DNA of 64,000 nt from the NCBI GenBank assembly GCA_965198225.1, contig CBDAOY010000005.1:416001-480000 (forward strand), written 5' to 3'. How positions within the stretch are numbered: position 1 is the stretch's first letter; the number at the start of each line of letters is the position of its first letter. Made by a program: the position numbers and the translations under genes. The DNA is from Terriglobia bacterium. Lineage in GTDB: Bacteria > Acidobacteriota > Terriglobia > 20CM-2-55-15. The notes beneath the pieces are model-generated. The model was not told the DNA's origin. It saw only the letters and a list, made by a program, of their open reading frames with translations, and made no database searches. Below are positions 58,333 through 64,000 of this stretch, piece after piece.

Positions 58333-58516
58333 GTGTAGGTGCGGTCTATGACCGCACACTGTTCTGGTCAAGGATGGCGTGGGGGGACCGGACCAACTGT
58401 CTCTCTCCGCGAACCCGCGCACAGCAATTCGGTCCGTGAACGTTCAGTCTTCCGTCGTGAGGGGGACGGTGGGCCCGACGCTGATAGATGGTTCCGCTCA
58501 TAGAGCGCACCTACAC
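58333..58516. repeat. REP doublet (A at 58333-58357; inverted B at about 58491-58516) with long spacer
   Basis: gtgtaggtgcggtctatgaccgcac ... ccgctcatagagcgcacctacac. Confidence 0.75.
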
Positions 58517-58572
58517 CTCCTCACGAAGACACGATTTTGAAGCACCCGGTCTGTCGTCCTCGACGGGCCCGC

Positions 58573-60744
58573 TCAGTTCGCGAGTGGGTCGGGGCGGAGC
58601 TGGAATTTCATCACCTTGCTCGTCGTCCCTCTGCCGCCTTCCATGTGGAAGGGAGCCCGGGTGCTCACGGTCGACCAGATCCCCCGGCCTTTCCAGCCGC
58701 CGTCGGGATCGTCAATGCGCCCATCCATCCATTTTGTATAGAACCCCAATGGATACGGGACGCGGAGAATGACCCACTGGCCGTCCTTCAGCGCCAGCAG
58801 TCCTTCGGACGCATTGCCGGTGTTGATCGGCACGTTGCTGCCCAGCCCGAGCGTGTCGAACTGATCGACCCAGGTGTAATAGCTGGACTCGGAGCTCCCC
58901 GAATCCGTGACGCCCTTCATTTGGGGTAACGGCTCCGGGTAGAAGCTCCATCCCTCCGGACAGTGTTGGCCCGTTGCAGTCGGTCCGTTTAGCGGTCCCT
59001 CGCACTTGCGACGGTCAAAACTGGCAAGATGTCCGCTCGCCAGGGCTGCCCAGAAGACGCCGTTGCGGTCGACGTCTCCTCCACGCGGTGAGAATCCTTC
59101 AACGGGCACCGCCGGGTTGTCCAATGGCAGCTCGTACACTTCCGCGAGCGCCGTCTCCGGCGGGTTCGTCCCCGGATCCAGTCGGACCACGGCACCCGGC
59201 AGGTAGAGCACGGTCCCCCAGATAGATCCGTCGGGAGCCGGCGCGACGGCGTAGAAGGCCCGTCCGAATCGCTTGTCCTTGGTGGGATCGAGCGGTTGAT
59301 CGGGTTCCACATACTCGTCTCTCCGGCCGTTGCCGTTCGTGTCCATGATCAGAGCGGTCCAGCCCTGCGACCTCTCCTCATCGCCGGTCTCCTCGAACAT
59401 CCTGGTGTTCAGCCAGCCGACGACCTGCCCGCCACCGCTCGTCCAGAGAGTGTTGTCTTCATCCTCTGCGAACATCAGGTGGTGGGTGCTGAAACATGTG
59501 CTGATATGTGTGAGCTGCTCGGTTTCCGGATCGTACATGGCGAGGTGTCGGCGGGCGCCGTCGAGCGGGAACAACTTCGCCGACGGATGGGTCGACGCTT
59601 CTTTGCAATAGTCGGGGTTACCCGACGGGCGCACGGTCGAGGTGATCCAGACCCGACCCTCCCCGTCGAACATCGGATTGTGTACGTTGTTCTTGCTGTC
59701 CCAGAGAACCTCATCGCCCCAGTACGGCGAAGGCTCGGGCATCCTCGGTGACGCCGGCGGAGTGCTGGGGTCGCGGACTGTCAAGTTTGCCCGGCTCGCG
59801 GTGTGGGTCATCGGATCCAGAACGGGCAGATAGTCCGCGCTCAGCTCGAGCGCTCCGTAGATGGGTCCGTTGGCATTGACGGTCGGATTCCGCCTGTCAG
59901 TCGCCGCCTCGTCGTGCAGGTAGTCAGTCGCGTCGGCCCAGTCCCACTGGGTGATGACGATGTTTCGTTCCTGACCCTGCGGCCGGGGCGGTGACGGCGG
60001 CAGCTCGCCCGCGGCGATGCGGTCGGTCCAGTCCGCGAACATCTCGAGCGCCCGTCCTCGGCCAAGCCGGTTGAGGCCGTTGCTCATCCCTCCGCCGGCC
60101 TGTCCGGACTGTATGCGCCGGTCCCAGGCGGCGACCGAGGAATCGAAGGTACCGAGGCTGGCCGGGATCTCGCGCGTCGCCTTGTTGCCCAGTTGATGGC
60201 AGGCCATGCAGTTGCCTGACTTCACATTTCGGAGGTACTCGGCCTGGCTTCGCATGTTCGGCGAAATACCGTTACCCTCGGGCCCTGTGCCGGGAAACTC
60301 GCTCTTGTCGGGCGGTTCGAGCAGGGAAAACCAGTACCCGGCCGGATAGTATTCCGCCGCCGCGCGAGCGTTCGGCGCCACCACCGCCGTCAGGTTCACG
60401 ATCCGGCCCGGTGCGGCCTCAACCTTGGGCGAATCCACCAGCCCGTAGCCACGAACCCAGACGCTGTAGTCCGCGCTCGGAAGGTCAGGCAACAGGTAGC
60501 GACCCTGGTCATCGGTGACCACGATCCTGACGAACTTGGTGGGCAGGTCGGCGGTTTCGGCGATCACCCACACACCCGCTTCCGGTCCGTTCGCGCTGGT
60601 GACCACTCCGCCGAGGTCGTCGTTGTCGATGTCGACCGCTCGACCCGTAACCTGGCCGGCGTTCATCCCGACCGGCGAAGCGGCCAGGAGCACCGCGACG
60701 CCGACGGCGGCCATGCCAAAGCCCAGAATTGTTCTTATCGTCAT
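58573..60744 (-). CDS. Secreted protein: carboxypeptidase-regulatory-like domain, CxxCH heme-c motif and putative Vgb-like beta-propeller
   Basis: Signal peptide, VVTDDQGRYLLPDLP, CMACH, blades such as DGEGRVW, APDGSIW, DRNGVFW; AGGAG RBS before MTIRT. Confidence 0.7.
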   Translation of the reverse strand: MTIRTILGFGMAAVGVAVLLAASPVGMNAGQVTGRAVDIDNDDLGGVVTSANGPEAGVWVIAETADLPTKFVRIVVTDDQGRYLLPDLPSADYSVWVRGYGLVDSPKVEAAPGRIVNLTAVVAPNARAAAEYYPAGYWFSLLEPPDKSEFPGTGPEGNGISPNMRSQAEYLRNVKSGNCMACHQLGNKATREIPASLGTFDSSVAAWDRRIQSGQAGGGMSNGLNRLGRGRALEMFADWTDRIAAGELPPSPPRPQGQERNIVITQWDWADATDYLHDEAATDRRNPTVNANGPIYGALELSADYLPVLDPMTHTASRANLTVRDPSTPPASPRMPEPSPYWGDEVLWDSKNNVHNPMFDGEGRVWITSTVRPSGNPDYCKEASTHPSAKLFPLDGARRHLAMYDPETEQLTHISTCFSTHHLMFAEDEDNTLWTSGGGQVVGWLNTRMFEETGDEERSQGWTALIMDTNGNGRRDEYVEPDQPLDPTKDKRFGRAFYAVAPAPDGSIWGTVLYLPGAVVRLDPGTNPPETALAEVYELPLDNPAVPVEGFSPRGGDVDRNGVFWAALASGHLASFDRRKCEGPLNGPTATGQHCPEGWSFYPEPLPQMKGVTDSGSSESSYYTWVDQFDTLGLGSNVPINTGNASEGLLALKDGQWVILRVPYPLGFYTKWMDGRIDDPDGGWKGRGIWSTVSTRAPFHMEGGRGTTSKVMKFQLRPDPLAN

Positions 60745-61205
60745 ATCGGATCTCCTTCGTGTTTCGTCCCCGTTCACCAGGGTTTGATGGTGCGACAATT
60801 CCTCGCGCCTTCCGGCCGCGTGCCGGTGACGCGATTCACCTCTCACCTACGGCCCGCATGGAGTTGGTCGCCGATTTCGTAGGGAACCACGCGGGTACCG
60901 CCAGCGAGAGACACACCGCACCCCGTTACACTTTCGAGCGATCTCTGTGGAACTGAGTAAATACTACGAAACGAGGAGGTTGGAAGCAATCAAACTGTTA
61001 CCTGGATGGACTGCCGCCAAATCTGACATGTGACAGTGGGTTGGTCGATGTCCGGAGGTCACAACTTCCGCTGATTCCGGCTATCGCTCAAGCGCCGGGG
61101 ACAAATCTGCATGTACGGGCCATATTGGACCTATCCCCCCTATAGTTTCAGCCACAAATCGGGAATGCTCGTACCGCCCTTTCTCATATACGATTGTCAG
61201 CACCT

Positions 61206-63404
61206 ATGCGATTTTGGGGCCAGTTGATCACCACATGCCTGCTGATGGCTCTGACCGGGTTCGCGCAGTCCACCTCCACGAATGGTCCACCGGTCGACTA
61301 CGAAACCGCGCGCTTCAGTCGTGTGGTCCGGGCCATTCCAGTTGAGGTAGAGATCACAATCGACGGGCGGCTGGATGAGGAAGCATGGCGGCGAGCCGAA
61401 CCCGCGAGGGATTTCACCCAGAGCGGGCGCAGCCCCAATCCAGGCTACCCCGCTTCCCAACAGACCGAAGTGCGGTTCCTCTACGACACCGAAAACCTCT
61501 ACGTCGGAGCGATCTGTTGGGAAAAGGACGTTGCCAACATGATCGTGAACGGTCTGAAACGGGATTACACGACCAACCAGGGGGACGAAGTGGGTCTGAT
61601 GTTCGACTCGCTCAACGACGACCGCTCCGGGTTCTTCTTCGGGACAAACCCTGCAGGCGCCCGGCGAGACGTTCAAGTCGCGAATGACAGCCAGGCCAAT
61701 ACAGATTGGGATGGCGTCTGGGACGTTAAGGTTCGCCTGGAGGAAGACCGTTGGGTGGCAGAGTTCGTGATCCCGTTCAAGACGCTGCGCTTCTCCAACT
61801 CGCCGTCGCAGGAGTGGGGCTTGAACATGTTCCGGAAGATCCGGCGTGCGAACGAGGAGTCCAACTGGGCGCCACTTCCCCGGCGGTACAACATAACCCG
61901 GATCTCGATGGCCGGAACACTGACTGGATTGGAAGGAATCAGCCAGGGGCGCAACCTGAAGGTCAAACCGTACGGTAAGGCGGGCTTCACCCAGCAGCGG
62001 TCCGGAAACGGGCTTGAGACAAACGGCGACTACGATGGCGGCTTCGATGCCAAGTACGGCCTTACACAGTCGCTCACGCTCGACGTCACCTACCGAACGG
62101 ACTTCTCGCAAGCCGAAGTGGACCAGGATCAGGTCAACCTGACGCGCTTCAACCTGTTCTTTCCCGAAAAGCGGGAGTTCTTCCTCGAGAACGCCGGTGT
62201 GTTCGGTTTCGGCGGCCGCCGGGCGGCCGCGTTCGGGCGCGGCGGCGGAGCCAACCTCATCCCGTTCTTCAGCCGCCGAATCGGGCTCAGCCCTTCGGGG
62301 ACGCCCATTCCGATCATCGGAGGCACCCGCGTGTCCGGGACGGCCGGCAGCTACGAAGTCGGCTTCCTGGCCATGAAGACCGAAAGTGAAGGCGGAATAC
62401 CCTCGAACAACTTCCTGGTAGGCCGCGTCAAGAAGAACCTCCTGAACAACTCCTTCCTCGGCGCGATCTTCACGAATCGAGATTCATCGATTGCGGGCGA
62501 CTACAACCGGGTTTACGGGGCGGACGCTGTCTTCCAGTTCTACAACCACCTGGACATTTCCGGATACATCCTCCAGAGCGACACACCGAAACGCGAGGGT
62601 CCGAGCCAGGCCCGCAAGTTCGCCATCGGGTGGAGAGACAACGACCTCTCTTTCGCAGCCGATTACGAGAAGGTCGAAGACGACTTCAACCCGGAGATGG
62701 GTTTTATCCGTCGCCCCGACAACTCCCACTACTCGGCAAACTTCTCTTTCCTCCCGCGGTTCGATGACAGCGATCTTGTCCGGAACCTCACGCTCCGGAC
62801 CAATTACGACTACTGGGAAGGCCTGACCGGCGAGATCGAGACTCGGGAACACAGCGCAACTTTCGGGGTCTCTTTCGAGAACAGCGCCTCACTCAATTTC
62901 ACGACGAGGGAAACGTTCGAGCGCCTGGAAGAAGAGTTCCGGCGTTATTCCATACCGGTGGGCGACTACAAGTTCCGGAACTATTCGGTTTCTTACACTT
63001 CCGACCGGAGCCGGGTCGTCGGAGGGAGGATCAGTTACAACTGGGGCGGTTTCTGGACCGGGACACGCCGTTCGACGGGCGGGGCGGTCACGCTCAAGCC
63101 AAACTACCACTGGCAGATCGACACCAGCTTCAGCCGGAACGACATCGAGGTGCCGGCCGGCGACTTCGTCACGACTCTGGTCGGCGTCAAAGTACTGTAT
63201 GCGTTCACCAGTCGGGCCTTCCTGAACACGTTCTTTCAGTACAACGCCGAGCGGAACCAGTTCAGCTCCAACATTCGGTTCAACATCATCCACCACCCCC
63301 TGAGCGACATCTTCATCGTGTTCAACGAGCGTCGGGACACCGTCACGGGCGAAGTTCTGGACCGGGGCGTGGTGTTCAAGTTCACCAACCTTTTCAATTT
63401 CTGA
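61206..63404 (+). CDS. CBM9-like plus DUF5916 outer-membrane beta-barrel protein
   Basis: IDGRLDEEAW, TEVRFLYD, WVAEFVIPFKTLRF, TDFSQAEVD...FFPEKREFFLE, C-terminal Phe. Confidence 0.82.
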   Translation: MRFWGQLITTCLLMALTGFAQSTSTNGPPVDYETARFSRVVRAIPVEVEITIDGRLDEEAWRRAEPARDFTQSGRSPNPGYPASQQTEVRFLYDTENLYVGAICWEKDVANMIVNGLKRDYTTNQGDEVGLMFDSLNDDRSGFFFGTNPAGARRDVQVANDSQANTDWDGVWDVKVRLEEDRWVAEFVIPFKTLRFSNSPSQEWGLNMFRKIRRANEESNWAPLPRRYNITRISMAGTLTGLEGISQGRNLKVKPYGKAGFTQQRSGNGLETNGDYDGGFDAKYGLTQSLTLDVTYRTDFSQAEVDQDQVNLTRFNLFFPEKREFFLENAGVFGFGGRRAAAFGRGGGANLIPFFSRRIGLSPSGTPIPIIGGTRVSGTAGSYEVGFLAMKTESEGGIPSNNFLVGRVKKNLLNNSFLGAIFTNRDSSIAGDYNRVYGADAVFQFYNHLDISGYILQSDTPKREGPSQARKFAIGWRDNDLSFAADYEKVEDDFNPEMGFIRRPDNSHYSANFSFLPRFDDSDLVRNLTLRTNYDYWEGLTGEIETREHSATFGVSFENSASLNFTTRETFERLEEEFRRYSIPVGDYKFRNYSVSYTSDRSRVVGGRISYNWGGFWTGTRRSTGGAVTLKPNYHWQIDTSFSRNDIEVPAGDFVTTLVGVKVLYAFTSRAFLNTFFQYNAERNQFSSNIRFNIIHHPLSDIFIVFNERRDTVTGEVLDRGVVFKFTNLFNF

Positions 63405-63457
63405 TCCCGCCCTTGCGAGTCGGTTCTCACATTTTTGACTTGCTCCGACACCAATCC

Positions 63458-63487
63458 AGTTGTACCCTTACATCAATGGGTACAACT
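63458..63487. promoter_or_regulatory. Putative YtrA-type GntR operator
   Basis: Perfect 10-bp IR agttgtaccc-N10-gggtacaact, 14 bp before the GntR start; ttgact (-35-like) at 63435. Confidence 0.7.
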
Positions 63488-63501
63488 ATGAGACGCCTTC
63501 C

Positions 63502-63882
63502 ATGGAAATAGTCATCGACATCGACGATGCAGTCCCCTTGTTTGGTCAATTGATGGAGCAGATAAAGAAGGCCGTGCTCGGCGACAAATTGTCCCCGGGG
63601 GATGCCTTGCCCTCGATTCGACAGCTTGCAAACGACCTGGAGCTCAACAACAAAACGGTGGCGAAAGCCTACCGTCTGCTGGAGCGTGATTCAGTCATTC
63701 AGACCAAAGGGTATCGCGGGACTTTTATTCACCCGGACGCCAAGGTCAACTGCACTGTCGATTTGAATGCGTGGGCTGCTACGAAACTGGGCGAAACAAT
63801 AGATGCACTTCGAGAGTCGGGCGTCACGGACTCCGAGATTCGGATTGCATTCGGCGATGTGATGAATCGTCGCGGCGGTTAA
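63502..63882 (+). CDS. GntR family regulator, YtrA subfamily
   Basis: PGDALPSIRQLANDLELNNKTVAKAYRLLE...GTFI; short C-terminal domain. Confidence 0.9.
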   Translation: MEIVIDIDDAVPLFGQLMEQIKKAVLGDKLSPGDALPSIRQLANDLELNNKTVAKAYRLLERDSVIQTKGYRGTFIHPDAKVNCTVDLNAWAATKLGETIDALRESGVTDSEIRIAFGDVMNRRGG

Positions 63883-63892
63883 GGAGATAAAC

Positions 63893-64000
63893 ATGCCAGA
63901 GCAAATGTTGTTTTACTTTGTATTCTTAAGCCAGGTTCTACTTGTTTCTTTTTATATTCCAAGAAAAATACTCAGCCGCGTGAGGCATGTGGTCGATACG
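63893..64000 (+). CDS. Membrane protein, 5' fragment (runs off the window)
   Basis: AAGGAG RBS then MPEQMLFYFVFLSQVLLVSFYIPRKILSRVRHVVDT. Confidence 0.6.
   Translation, partial: MPEQMLFYFVFLSQVLLVSFYIPRKILSRVRHVVDT

Noticed and set aside
60750-61200. Possible riboswitch or ncRNA in the long divergent intergenic region (also 24630-25020 and 13935-14175)
   Set aside because: No recognisable conserved motif by eye; an Rfam/Infernal scan would be needed.

Overview
GC-rich diderm bacterial DNA. The gene content (SpoIVB-like S55 protease, M1-TPR protein, paired OM beta-barrels, DUF5916, DUF4159) suggests Acidobacteriota, which is inference only. The left half (1-34.5 kb) is mostly housekeeping and envelope: a TetR-regulated RND efflux operon, two M28 peptidases, OM barrels, M23-secA-guaB, an S55/beta-propeller/degenerate-M1 operon, ArnT-like and LpxL-like genes, htpX and glcDEF. 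The right half (34.9-64 kb) looks accessory. It holds a J-domain gene, two orphan GspE/PilB ATPases (one frameshifted and chimeric), a patatin, a Spinster-type MFS, and an AroM/OPT/DUF917/three-hydantoinase cluster. It also holds a 275-bp MITE, a Co-type nitrile hydratase operon, an interrupted secreted creatininase-family gene, DUF4159, a CxxCH beta-propeller protein, a DUF5916 barrel and a YtrA-type GntR. The most striking observation is a twin-arginine (Tat) signal peptide on the nitrile hydratase alpha subunit, implying an exported NHase within a possibly periplasmic C-N catabolic module. Intergenic DNA carries several palindromic repeat families, mainly a two-type GTAG REP family (about 19 copies at 7 loci). 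No rRNA, intact tRNA, CRISPR array, transposase or integrase was recognised. All product calls come from motif recognition by eye; no searches were run.
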